Assembly (NCBI GenBank): GCA_045654805.1
Contig: JAZOOD010000067.1
Location: forward strand, 2,147 to 66,146
Length of the DNA: 64,000 nt
Direction of reading: 5' to 3'
From: Clostridia bacterium
Lineage (GTDB): Bacteria > Bacillota > Clostridia > Monoglobales > Firm-18
Below, one piece after another: positions 48,701-56,997 of the stretch. The position numbers and the translations under genes are program-made. Below the pieces are notes generated by a model. The model worked only from the letters and a program-made list of their open reading frames with translations. It ran no database searches and had not been told where the DNA came from. The stretch's first letter is position 1. Each line of letters starts with the position of its first letter.

Positions 48701-49243
48701 GAAGTTTACTCAAACACAGGCGGTCAGGCTTCTAAGTCTACACCTACAGGTGCTGTTGCACAGTTTGCTGCAGGCGGTAAGCCAATCAAGAAGAAGAATC
48801 TTGCTGAAATCGCTATGTCCTACGGCTATGTATATGTAGCACAAGTTGCTATGGGTTATGATGCTAACCAGACAGTTAAAGCTATTAAAGAAGCTGTTGC
48901 TTACAACGGTCCTTCATTGATTATCGGTTATGCTCCATGTATCAACCATGGTATCAAGGGTGGTATGACAGATACTCAGAAAGTTATCAAAAACGCTGTT
49001 TTGGCTGGTTACTGGCATACATTCAGATTTGACCCAACACTTGCTGCAGAAGGAAAGAATCCTTTCCAGATGGATTCTAAAGAACCTACAGCATCATACA
49101 ATGACTTTATTATGAACGAAGTTCGTTACAGCTCATTGGCTCGTAAGTTCCCTGAAAAGGCAGAAGAATTGTTCAAGGCTGCTGAAGCTCAGGCTAAAGA
49201 AAAGTATGAACATTGGTCAAAATACAGCAAACTATTCGAATAA
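45743..49243 (+). CDS. nifJ: Pyruvate:ferredoxin (flavodoxin) oxidoreductase, single-polypeptide type
   Basis: 1166 aa with two 4Fe-4S ferredoxin motifs (CIQCNQCAAVCP, CSGCGNCTKVCP) and a TPP-binding GGDGWAYDIG motif. Confidence 0.97.
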   Translation: MARKMKTMDGNNAAAWASYAFTDVACIYPITPSSVMAEVTDEWSVEKKENIFGQPVKVVEMQSEAGAAGAVHGSLAAGALTTTYTASQGLLLMIPNMYKMAGELLPSVIHVSARCVASHALNIFGDHSDVMACRQTGYAMLCSNSAQEVMDLGAVAHLAAIKGKVPFLHFFDGFRTSHEIDKIECWDYADLKDMVDMDAVKEFRNNALNPEHPVLRGSAQNPDIFFQNREACNTYYNNVPAIVEEYMNKVNEKIGTNYGLVNYYGAPDATKVLVAMGSVCETIEETIDYLTKKGEKVGLIKVHLYRPFPVDAFLKAVPASCKKIAVLDRTKEPGSIGEPMYLDVCACYAGNADAPMIIGGRYGLGSKDTIPADIIAAYKNLDAENPVKGFTLSIIDDVTNLSLPREENPNTAAEGLTSCKFWGLGSDGTVGANKDSIKIIGDHTDLYAQAYFDYDSKKSGGITVSHLRFGKNPIKSTYLINKADFVACHNPSYVNKYDMVDDLVPGGKFLLNCAWSVEELSAHLPAKMKKYIAENNISLYTIDAIGIAKDIGLGNKTSIVLQSAFFKLANVIPFEEAVEYMKAAVVKKFSKKGESIVNMNHQAIALGAENVKEVAVPADWKNAVEENCAEDRDVPAFVKNILEPCTAQRGNKLPVSTFMDMVDGHLPQGMAAYEKRGIAVDVPEWDVTKCIQCNQCAAVCPHAAIRPIVLNDEEVANAPEGMKMKPMTGKPQYKFAMVVSPLDCSGCGNCTKVCPEKVQALSMKPLASQMEEQAIFAYGIKTSVKDDVINAPLNVKNSQFRQPLLEFSGACAGCGETPYAKLITQICGDKTYISNATGCSSIWAGSAPSTPYTVNHEGHGPAWANSLFEDNAEHGLGMAVAAKQLRARLAEKLEKLENADVKAAVADWKATYEDINANADATKKLVAALEACGCDSAKEILDMKEYLSKKAVWIFGGDGWAYDIGFGGLDHVLASGEDVNVMVFDTEVYSNTGGQASKSTPTGAVAQFAAGGKPIKKKNLAEIAMSYGYVYVAQVAMGYDANQTVKAIKEAVAYNGPSLIIGYAPCINHGIKGGMTDTQKVIKNAVLAGYWHTFRFDPTLAAEGKNPFQMDSKEPTASYNDFIMNEVRYSSLARKFPEKAEELFKAAEAQAKEKYEHWSKYSKLFE

Positions 49244-49262
49244 TCCTTACAAGTATTTGAAT

Positions 49263-49300
49263 AAAAAACTCCTGTGGGTACATCCCACAGGAGTTTTGTT
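49263..49300. terminator. Bidirectional terminator between nifJ and mntP (ACTCCTGTGGG / CCCACAGGAGT with A- and T-tracts)
   Basis: 11-bp GC-rich perfect stem with a 5-nt loop. Confidence 0.85.
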
Positions 49301-49309
49301 TTATTAATT

Positions 49310-49864
49310 TCAGAAAAAGAATATTTTAAAACCTATTAATATCAAAATTATACCACCGGCAATTGTAGATTTATTACCTAAAATATCACCGGATTTTTTA
49401 CCTAAATACACACCACAGAATGAAATCAAAAAAGTAGTAAGACCGATAATTGATATGGGATTTATAATTTCAAATCCTTTAAATGTGGATACAAAAGTTA
49501 CCCCTACCATAAGTGCATCAATACTTGTAGCAATTCCAAGTATAAAAAGTGTAACATTATCTGTTATATCCATACATTCCTCATTGTTCTTAAATATGCC
49601 GTCAAAAAGCATTTTGACGCCTATATAACCAAGTAAAATAAGGGCTATCCATCTGTCAAATCTTTCAATGTATGCACTGAATAAAGAACCAGCTGCAAAC
49701 CACCCTATAAGAGGCATAACAGCCTGAAATATACCAAAGCAAAGTGCAATCTTTAATGCATTACTGATTTTAAATTTTTTTACATTCATACAACTGGAAA
49801 CTGAAACAGCAAATGCATCCATAGACAAACCGATACCAATAAAAATTATTTCAATTATGTTCAC
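49310..49864 (-). CDS. mntP: Manganese efflux pump MntP
   Basis: 184-aa 6-TM protein with duplicated GLSMDAFAVS / ATSIDALMVG motifs; GTG start after GAGGGG. Confidence 0.85.
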   Translation of the reverse strand: MNIIEIIFIGIGLSMDAFAVSVSSCMNVKKFKISNALKIALCFGIFQAVMPLIGWFAAGSLFSAYIERFDRWIALILLGYIGVKMLFDGIFKNNEECMDITDNVTLFILGIATSIDALMVGVTFVSTFKGFEIINPISIIGLTTFLISFCGVYLGKKSGDILGNKSTIAGGIILILIGFKIFFF

Positions 49865-49953
49865 ATTTTCCCCTCACAATCATTAAGCACTCAGTAGATT
49901 ATATCATTTTTAAGCAAAAAAATAAATATTAATATTTACGACCTTTATTTTTA

Positions 49954-49966
49954 GTGCAAATTGCAC
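49954..49966. promoter_or_regulatory. Palindrome GTGCAA-A-TTGCAC in the mntP / EF-G-paralog divergent region
   Basis: 6+1+6 perfect inverted repeat read in sequence; function unknown. Confidence 0.3.
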
Positions 49967-50080
49967 AGTATTTTTATAAAATATTGTACACTTTTTATTT
50001 TAGATTAATAGGATTTAAAAAAAATATATCAAATATAAATATTATAGTGTTTTTTCTAACGGAAGGGGAATGATGTAAAA

Positions 50081-52102
50081 ATGAGAAATTTTTTAACAGA
50101 GGAAATCAGAAATGTATGTATTTTAGGTAATAGTAATGCCGGAAAAACAACGGTAGTTGAGTCTATGCTTAGATTTTCAGGTGCAATAGAACGACGTGGT
50201 TCAGTTTTAGACGGAACAACTGTATCTGATTATGATGCAGAAGAAATAAAACGCAAAATCTCCATTAATACATCAGTTGTTTCATTTGAATTTGAAAATT
50301 GCAAATATAATATATTAGATACTCCCGGATCATATGATTTTGTTGGTGAAACATTGGAAGCAATAGAAGTTGCTGACGCGGCTGTTATTGTTGTAAGTGG
50401 TAAATCAGGTGTATCTGCAGGCGTTGAAAGAGCATGGGAACTTTGTGAGAAAAGAAATATTCCAAGAATTATATTCATCAACAAAGTTGATGATGAAAGA
50501 TGTAATTTCCAGGCAGTATTGGAACAGTTGAGAGAAAAATTTGGTAAAACAGTTGCTCCATTCCAGCTACCTATTGATAACGGAGAAAAGATTATTGGTT
50601 TTGTTGATATAGTCAGAATGAGAGGTAGATTGTTCCAACAGGATGGGCCGTTGCTTGATGTTGATATACCTGAAATTATGATGGATAAGGTTGATCCTGT
50701 CCGCAATATGATTATTGAATCAGTTGCTGAAACAGATGAAGCCTTGATGGACAGATATTTTAATGGCGAAGAATTTACTGTGGATGAAATCAAAAAGGCA
50801 CTTAGAAAAGCGACTGATTCAATGGAAATTGTTCCTGTGCTTTGTGGTACTGCTTTACATAACAAAGGTGTAGGTGTATTGCTTGAATCTATTAATTCAT
50901 ATTTTCCATCACCGGATGATGTTGAAAATATGTATGATATTGGTGGAAAACCATCATTATTTGTATTCAAAACTATTGCTGACCCGTTTGTTGGTAAACT
51001 TTCGTACTTTAAAGTTATGTCCGGTAAGATTACACCTGATTCAATGCTTATAAACCTTACAACTAAGGCGCCGGAAAAGGTTGGTAAACTATGCTATGTT
51101 TTTGGTAAGAAACAGATTGAAATTAATGAACTGGTTGCAGGAGATATTGGTGCCGTTGCAAAACTTTCTGCCGCTAAAACCGGAGATACTTTAAGTTCTA
51201 ATGAAAACGGAACCGTTTATACGCCAATCGACTTTCCTAAACCAAATATTTCATTAGCCATTACGCCAAAGGCTAAGGGCGATGAGGAAAAAATAAGTAC
51301 TGGTATGCAAAAACTTATGGAGGAAGATTCAACATTTAAATTTTATACAAATCACGAAACAAAGGAAATGCTTATCAGCGGTATCGGTGAAGTTCATCTT
51401 GATGTACTTAAGAGTAAGCTTAAAACAAAGTTTGGTACAGATACAGATCTTAAGGAACCAAAGGTTGCATACAGAGAAAAATTGAGAAAGTCTGTTAAGG
51501 TAGAAGGTAAGCATAAGAAACAATCAGGCGGTCATGGTCAATATGGTCATGTGTGGATTGAGTTTTCACCAACAGAGGAAGATGATTTAATCTTTGAAGA
51601 AAAAATTTTTGGAGGTTCTGTACCTAAAAATTTCTTCCCTGCAGTTGAAAAGGGATTAAAAGAATCTATACAGAAAGGTTCCTTGGCTGGATATCCCGTA
51701 GTTGGTCTTAAGGCTGTATTGGTTGATGGTTCTTACCATGCTGTAGACTCTTCGGAAATGGCGTTTAAGATGGCTGCATCACTTGCATTTAAAAAGGCAA
51801 TGGAAGAGGGTGGAGTTCAGCTTCTTGAACCTATCGGTCACCTTGCTGTTACTGTTCCGTCTGATTTGATGGGTGATATTACAGGTGATATAAACAAACG
51901 CAGAGGACGCGTTCTCGGTATGAATCCCGGAGATAAAAATCTTGTGGTTGAAGCTGATGTTCCAATGTCTGAAATGCATAAATATGCAACTGATTTAAGA
52001 TCAATGACTCAGGGCAGAGGTGAATTTACATTTGAATTTGTAAGATATGAAATTGCTCCAAAAGATGTTGAGCAAAAAGTAGTTGCAGAATCAAATCAAT
52101 AA
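50081..52102 (+). CDS. Elongation factor G paralog (EFG-II-like subfamily)
   Basis: Five-domain EF-G architecture, 673 aa. G1 is GNSNAGKTT. G3 is DTPGSYDFVGE, with Ser where canonical EF-G has the catalytic His. G4 is NKVD. Not in a str-operon context. Confidence 0.85.
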   Translation: MRNFLTEEIRNVCILGNSNAGKTTVVESMLRFSGAIERRGSVLDGTTVSDYDAEEIKRKISINTSVVSFEFENCKYNILDTPGSYDFVGETLEAIEVADAAVIVVSGKSGVSAGVERAWELCEKRNIPRIIFINKVDDERCNFQAVLEQLREKFGKTVAPFQLPIDNGEKIIGFVDIVRMRGRLFQQDGPLLDVDIPEIMMDKVDPVRNMIIESVAETDEALMDRYFNGEEFTVDEIKKALRKATDSMEIVPVLCGTALHNKGVGVLLESINSYFPSPDDVENMYDIGGKPSLFVFKTIADPFVGKLSYFKVMSGKITPDSMLINLTTKAPEKVGKLCYVFGKKQIEINELVAGDIGAVAKLSAAKTGDTLSSNENGTVYTPIDFPKPNISLAITPKAKGDEEKISTGMQKLMEEDSTFKFYTNHETKEMLISGIGEVHLDVLKSKLKTKFGTDTDLKEPKVAYREKLRKSVKVEGKHKKQSGGHGQYGHVWIEFSPTEEDDLIFEEKIFGGSVPKNFFPAVEKGLKESIQKGSLAGYPVVGLKAVLVDGSYHAVDSSEMAFKMAASLAFKKAMEEGGVQLLEPIGHLAVTVPSDLMGDITGDINKRRGRVLGMNPGDKNLVVEADVPMSEMHKYATDLRSMTQGRGEFTFEFVRYEIAPKDVEQKVVAESNQ

Positions 52103-52108
52103 ACTATA

Positions 52109-52144
52109 AAAGGTGTAATCTTTTGATTACACCTTTATTTTATT
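52109..52144 (+). terminator. Terminator after the EF-G paralog (AAAGGTGTAATC-TTTT-GATTACACCTTT + T-rich)
   Basis: 12-bp perfect stem. Confidence 0.8.
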
Positions 52145-52222
52145 ACTAGACATTTTTTGTGGGCAATTCGTGTATTTTGTTGACTTTTATTTCACTAGTG
52201 CTTAATAATATGAGGAAATTTT

Positions 52223-53095
52223 TCATAAGATACTTTTCTTATATGCCATAGGAGAAAATCCAACCGCTTTTTTAAATGCCCTTGAAAAAATATGAATACT
52301 TGAATATCCAAGCATATCCGATATTTCACTTATAGAAAATTTTTCTTCTCTAATTAATTTTTTAGACTCAGTTATTTTAAGGTGTTGATAATATTCCATT
52401 GGACTTTTACCTGTATTTTCTTTAAAAATTTTGCTTAGTTGAGATTTACCTACCATGAAATTTTGACATACTTCTTTAAGTGTAATAGAAGAGTATATGT
52501 TTTCCTGCATATAGTCTTTTATAAGTTCTGTCAAGGAATTTCCTGCAATTGAACGTGATTCCTCATTTGAATAAATATGTTCGTTAAGAGAATCCCCATT
52601 TCTTATTAATCGAATTAAAAATTCAGTAAAATAACATTGTAGAAGTTGAGTTGAGCCAAAGGGAGAAGAGTTAAAATTTAAGTTTCTTTTATCTTCATAT
52701 TTATTAGGAACTCTACCCAATGCATTTTGTGCTTCCTGTAAAAAAAGAGATAGAAGAGTTTTTGACGTTTTATCAAGGGTAAAGCATTTTTTACAAAAAA
52801 AGTTCATTGCGTTGTCGTTGACAGTAAAAGATATTACAAGCATATTGTTTGAAACTCTGTTATCTGAAATATGAGCATGAACTTCGTTGGGTTCATGAAA
52901 TATAACCTGACCTTGTTCTAATTCACATCCAATGCCGTTGGTTACCGCTATAACACGCCCTTTGTCAACATAAACCATTTCCCAGGAATTATGTTTTTCA
53001 GGTGAGTGTGTAAAGTCTTTACCAAATTCAAAATAATAAATACTATTAAACCCTTCTATATTAATATCATATTTTACTGGTTGTAATTCAAACAT
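52223..53095 (-). CDS. AraC family transcriptional regulator (cupin-type sensor + AraC HTH)
   Basis: C-terminal dual-HTH pattern (..SISEISDMLGYSSIHIFSRAFKKAVGFSPMAY); N-terminal cupin-like H.H region. ATG 53095 after GGAGTG. Confidence 0.88.
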   Translation of the reverse strand: MFELQPVKYDINIEGFNSIYYFEFGKDFTHSPEKHNSWEMVYVDKGRVIAVTNGIGCELEQGQVIFHEPNEVHAHISDNRVSNNMLVISFTVNDNAMNFFCKKCFTLDKTSKTLLSLFLQEAQNALGRVPNKYEDKRNLNFNSSPFGSTQLLQCYFTEFLIRLIRNGDSLNEHIYSNEESRSIAGNSLTELIKDYMQENIYSSITLKEVCQNFMVGKSQLSKIFKENTGKSPMEYYQHLKITESKKLIREEKFSISEISDMLGYSSIHIFSRAFKKAVGFSPMAYKKSIL

Positions 53096-53153
53096 TATTA
53101 TCACTCCGGAAAAAAAGATAAAAATTTATAGACTATTGCTAAATACAAATTTA

Positions 53154-53177
53154 TATATTTATTGTACAATAAATATA
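53154..53177. promoter_or_regulatory. 24-bp perfect palindrome TATATTTATTGT|ACAATAAATATA in the araC / PIG-L divergent region, flanked by direct repeats TATAGACTA (53127-53135 and 53174-53182)
   Basis: All 12 pairs verified by hand; the first mismatch is at 53153/53178. Confidence 0.55.
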
Positions 53178-53220
53178 GACTAAAGTCAAATTATAAATGA
53201 AGTTAGGAGGAATTTGAAAA

Positions 53221-53919
53221 ATGAATGTTTTAGCAATTGGTTGTCATCCTGATGATATTGAGATTGGATGTAGCGGAACTCTTGCAAAATGTGTTAAACG
53301 AGGTGATAAGGTAACTGTATGTCATATTACAAACGGGAATATGGGTCATGAAATTATACCGCCTGATGAACTTCGTGATATGCGCATTGGAGAGGCAAAA
53401 AAAGCAGGTTCCCTTGCAGGTATTGAAGTTGTAACTTTGGATATTGGTGATTTGTTACCTAATGGTTGTGATATATCACAACGTGATAGAATTGCTGAAT
53501 TAATTATTAAAGTTCAGCCGGATTTTATAATTACTCATAGCCCTAATGATTATATGCCTGACCACCGTGCAGTTTCAAAGCTTGTTTTTGATGCGAGTTT
53601 TGTTGCCAGTGTTCCGCAATATTGTAACGGTGGTAAATCTGCTGTAACACCATTGTATTATATGGATAATCTTGCCGGAGTGAATTTTCTTCCAACAGAG
53701 TATGTTGATATAACTGACGAAATTGATTTGAAAATTGAAATGCTTGAATGTCATGAAAGTCAGCTTAAGTGGATGCGTGATCACGACCATATAGATTTTG
53801 CTGAATTTGTACGCAGTTGCTCAAGATTCAGAGGCTTGCAGAGCGGAGTACAGTATGCAGAAGGTTTTACACAGGAATATGCGTGGCCTAAGATAACAAC
53901 AAGGAGATTATTGCCATGA
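53221..53919 (+). CDS. PIG-L/LmbE family N-acetyl-sugar deacetylase
   Basis: VLAIGCHPDDIEIGCSGT (HPDD.E zinc motif) and the downstream HSPNDYMPDH motif. Confidence 0.85.
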   Translation: MNVLAIGCHPDDIEIGCSGTLAKCVKRGDKVTVCHITNGNMGHEIIPPDELRDMRIGEAKKAGSLAGIEVVTLDIGDLLPNGCDISQRDRIAELIIKVQPDFIITHSPNDYMPDHRAVSKLVFDASFVASVPQYCNGGKSAVTPLYYMDNLAGVNFLPTEYVDITDEIDLKIEMLECHESQLKWMRDHDHIDFAEFVRSCSRFRGLQSGVQYAEGFTQEYAWPKITTRRLLP

Positions 53920-54851
53920 TGAATGTTGCATGTGTTGGTATTCTTGTTGCTGATGTTATAGTAGACGCCGTTGAAAGTTATCCCAAAAAAGGTGAATTGC
54001 TTCCTGTAAATTCAATTACTGTACACAATGGCGGTAATGCGATGACTGCATCTATTAATCTGAAAAAACTAGGTGTTTCATCATCTATGGTTGGTAAAAT
54101 CGGTAATGATATGTTTGGCACTTATTTAAAAAGTGTTCTTGAAAGCAAAGAAGTGGATATTTCTGGTCTTAAAATTGATGATAAAGTACAGACATCTGTT
54201 TCTGCTGTTATTGTTGATGGTGATGGAGAAAGGTCTTTTCTTCATTGTTGTGGTACAAATAATATTTTTTCAATAAAGGACATTGACTGGAGTGTTATAG
54301 AAAAAGCAGACCTTGTATTTGTTACTGGTACCTTCATTATGGATACTTTTGATGGTGTTGAGACAACTGAATTTTTGAAAAAATGTAAGGATATGGGTAA
54401 GACTACTTTCCTTGATGTTTGTTGGGATGCAAATGGACGTTGGAGTAATTTGCTTGACAGCTCAATGCCGTATATCGATTTCTTTATGCCAAGTATAGAC
54501 GAGGCAAGCTGTATATCGGGTGAAAAAGATGTTGATAAAATGGCAAAGGTTTTCTTTGAAAAAGGTGTTGGAAATGTTGTTATAAAAATGGGTAGCAAAG
54601 GATGTTTCGTACAGCAAAATACTGACACGGAGGGGCAAATATATCCTTGCTATAAAGTTAAGGCTGTTGATACTATTGGTGCAGGAGATAGTTTCTGCTC
54701 AGGTTTTATTGCAGCGTATGCCCGTGGTAAATCATTGGATTTTTGTGCAAAATTTGCAAATGCTGTTGCAGCACATTGCGTTATGGGAAAAGGCGCAACA
54801 ACGGGTATTAAATCCTATGATGAAATAATTAAGTTTATGGATGAAAAATAA
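53916..54851 (+). CDS. PfkB family carbohydrate kinase
   Basis: N-terminal GG.A.N motif region and C-terminal DTIGAGDSF anion-hole motif; overlaps the upstream stop. Confidence 0.85.
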   Translation: MMNVACVGILVADVIVDAVESYPKKGELLPVNSITVHNGGNAMTASINLKKLGVSSSMVGKIGNDMFGTYLKSVLESKEVDISGLKIDDKVQTSVSAVIVDGDGERSFLHCCGTNNIFSIKDIDWSVIEKADLVFVTGTFIMDTFDGVETTEFLKKCKDMGKTTFLDVCWDANGRWSNLLDSSMPYIDFFMPSIDEASCISGEKDVDKMAKVFFEKGVGNVVIKMGSKGCFVQQNTDTEGQIYPCYKVKAVDTIGAGDSFCSGFIAAYARGKSLDFCAKFANAVAAHCVMGKGATTGIKSYDEIIKFMDEK

Positions 54852-54882
54852 CAATTTTATATAATGAAAGGTGGATTTTGAA

Positions 54883-55821
54883 ATGGATTTTTTAAGCACA
54901 GTGAAGGGTAGTTTACTTGAAAACTTCTTCCCTAAGGGTTGGGACATTAAGAAAATCGACGAATGTTGTGAAAAGGGTGTTGAGAGAGAAGATTTTTGGC
55001 ATAAAGATTTTCGGCCAATAGAATGTGATAATATTAATGAATTTGATACCTATATGGGTCATGAAATTGCTTTGCAGATTAAAAAAGCAAGAGACAATGG
55101 CGAAAAGCTTGCAATGATTTTGCCAGTTGGACCTATGGGTATGTACCGTTGGGCAGTATATTTCCTTACAGAGTGGAATGTGAAATGTGACCACGTTTAT
55201 ACTTTCAATATGGATGAATGGGCAGATGCTGAAGGTAATACACTACCAAGTGATAATCCTGCTTCATTTGAATACAGTATGAAACAAGCTTTTTTCGACA
55301 AGTTGGGTGAAAACACAATTCCTCCTGAACAGAGAAATTTTGCAACAAAGGAAAACTTGCCTACATATCCAGAAAAGATTGCAAAGCTTAAGGCTGAAGG
55401 TGTAAAGCTTGTTTTGGTTTTCGGTATTGGTAGAATGTGTCATATTGCATTCTGGGAACCACATTTTGCTGATGATTTTTCATCTGTTGATGAGTGGAAG
55501 AAGCAGTGCTACCGTATTGGTGCAAAACTGCATCCTCTAACAATAGAACAGAATGCTATTACAAGCTTCAAGAGCCGCACAACACTTGTTCCTTGTACTG
55601 CAAACACAATCGGACCTGGTCTGTTTTTGCAAGCTGACTATATTATCGGCGGTGCCGACGGTGCTTTAGGTCGTGGTATGGGTTGGCAGGGAATGAGCTT
55701 CCTTACAACATTACACTATGGACCTGATATGAATATTACATCAACATTTATGCCGACTTTACCGGGCAAATTGTTCTATCTTAAAGAACTAGCAGGTCCA
55801 TTGACTGCAGAATGTAACTAA
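54883..55821 (+). CDS. Glucosamine-6-phosphate deaminase/isomerase (NagB) family protein with N-terminal extension
   Basis: TFNMDEW and [13 protein letters not shown] align with NagB TFNMDEY and GVGNDGHIAFNEP. ATG 54883 after AAAGGTGG. Confidence 0.75.
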   Translation: MDFLSTVKGSLLENFFPKGWDIKKIDECCEKGVEREDFWHKDFRPIECDNINEFDTYMGHEIALQIKKARDNGEKLAMILPVGPMGMYRWAVYFLTEWNVKCDHVYTFNMDEWADAEGNTLPSDNPASFEYSMKQAFFDKLGENTIPPEQRNFATKENLPTYPEKIAKLKAEGVKLVLVFGIGRMCHIAFWEPHFADDFSSVDEWKKQCYRIGAKLHPLTIEQNAITSFKSRTTLVPCTANTIGPGLFLQADYIIGGADGALGRGMGWQGMSFLTTLHYGPDMNITSTFMPTLPGKLFYLKELAGPLTAECN

Positions 55822-55971
55822 TTTCAAAAGGCAATGTTTTAATGAAGAAAGTTATGTGAGGAGTAATCAATTGCGACGGTTATTACAACTGAATAGGGTA
55901 TTTTCATTCAAAAGATAACTGAAGTAGCTTATGAATCTTGTTATTCGGGAAAAATCACTAAACTATAATAT

Positions 55972-56007
55972 AAAAAACCTGTTCCATATTATGTGGAACA
56001 GGTTTTT
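55972..56007. terminator. Bidirectional terminator (AAAAACCTGTTCCA / TGGAACAGGTTTTT)
   Basis: 14-bp perfect stem with a 7-nt loop, abutting the stop of the minus-strand DMT gene. Confidence 0.85.
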
Positions 56008-56008
56008 G

Positions 56009-56929
56009 CTATTTTTTATCAGAAAATTTATTTATTATAACTATGCCTGTTGAAACAAGAATAAGAGCAATAATATTTTCAACTTTAAATGCCCCACTGC
56101 GTTCACTTTCGAGCAGTAATGCAGATAAAATTACACCAAATACAGGAATCATAAAGCTGTATACTGTAACGTTTGAAACTTTGTTGTGTTTTAATATTAT
56201 ACCCCATAATGAATACGCTATCGCGGAAAGCAAACCTAAATATAAAAGAACAAATACGGATTGAACAGTAAAGTTCGCTAGTTTGCCACCCATAAACAGC
56301 CCAATTAAGGTCAAAACTAAACCTCCTATAAAAAACTGATATCCGCTTAGGGTAACTGGGTTTTCTTTTTGAGAATATTTTTTTATTAATACAGATGAAA
56401 ATGCATATGATATTGTTGAAATAAATATCATCAAATCACCAGCTAAGCCGGTTTCAAAACTCACACCATTGATATTAGAAATAATTACACCACCAAAACC
56501 TATTATACATGCTGCGATTTTAAGTAGAGTAAGTTTTTCCTGTTTAAAAATCAAGCTTGCAATTAAAATTGAAAAGAAAGCGCAGGTGCCCTCAATTAAT
56601 GATGCCTTAACGCCTGTCGTAATCGAAAGACCTATGTAGAAGAAGAGGTACTGAACAAAAGTTTGAAAAAAAGCAAGTGTTCCAATATTTTTCCAAGATT
56701 TTTTTTGGGGAAACAAAAATCTCCTGTTCAATAAACTGCCAATTATAACTGTCATTATACCGGCAATCGAAAATCTTAGACCTGCAAAAAGAATCTGCGA
56801 TGCTGTATCTATAATGTTAAAAAGCTCATAACCGATTTTTACAAAAGGAAAGGCACTTCCCCATAAACCACAGCATACAATAGCTATAATGCAAACAACG
56901 AATTTATTAGTCAATATATTATTTTTCAT
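56009..56929 (-). CDS. EamA/DMT superfamily transporter
   Basis: 306 aa, 10 predicted TM segments in two EamA-like halves. Confidence 0.8.
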   Translation of the reverse strand: MKNNILTNKFVVCIIAIVCCGLWGSAFPFVKIGYELFNIIDTASQILFAGLRFSIAGIMTVIIGSLLNRRFLFPQKKSWKNIGTLAFFQTFVQYLFFYIGLSITTGVKASLIEGTCAFFSILIASLIFKQEKLTLLKIAACIIGFGGVIISNINGVSFETGLAGDLMIFISTISYAFSSVLIKKYSQKENPVTLSGYQFFIGGLVLTLIGLFMGGKLANFTVQSVFVLLYLGLLSAIAYSLWGIILKHNKVSNVTVYSFMIPVFGVILSALLLESERSGAFKVENIIALILVSTGIVIINKFSDKK

Positions 56930-56997
56930 TTTTTTACTCCTTTGTCGTAATTATTTATATTATATATACAAAATCTTTTTATGTCAAATTATTTCGA

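Noticed and set aside
49865-49960. yybP-ykoY Mn2+ riboswitch upstream of mntP
   Set aside because: A -10 element lies about 35 nt from the start codon and the interval shows no extended conserved helices. A covariance-model scan would be needed to exclude it formally.
50230-50970. 246-aa ORF antisense to the EF-G paralog. Similar long antisense ORFs occur at 38919-39461, 25474-26001, 18342-18896, 17373-17819, 12077-12448, 13398-13748 and 62322-62780.
   Set aside because: Each lies entirely inside, and antisense to, a gene with unmistakable family motifs. The translations are low-complexity (Ser, Ile, Thr, Leu-rich), and they have no RBS or promoter. This is typical of the stop-poor antisense frame of AT-rich coding DNA.
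55871-55918. 15-codon TTG ORF (MRRLLQLNRVFSFKR) with a GAGGAG RBS as a real micro-protein gene
   Set aside because: It is too short, has a non-ATG start and has no supporting conservation evidence available here. It is kept only as a note within the 3'-tail finding.
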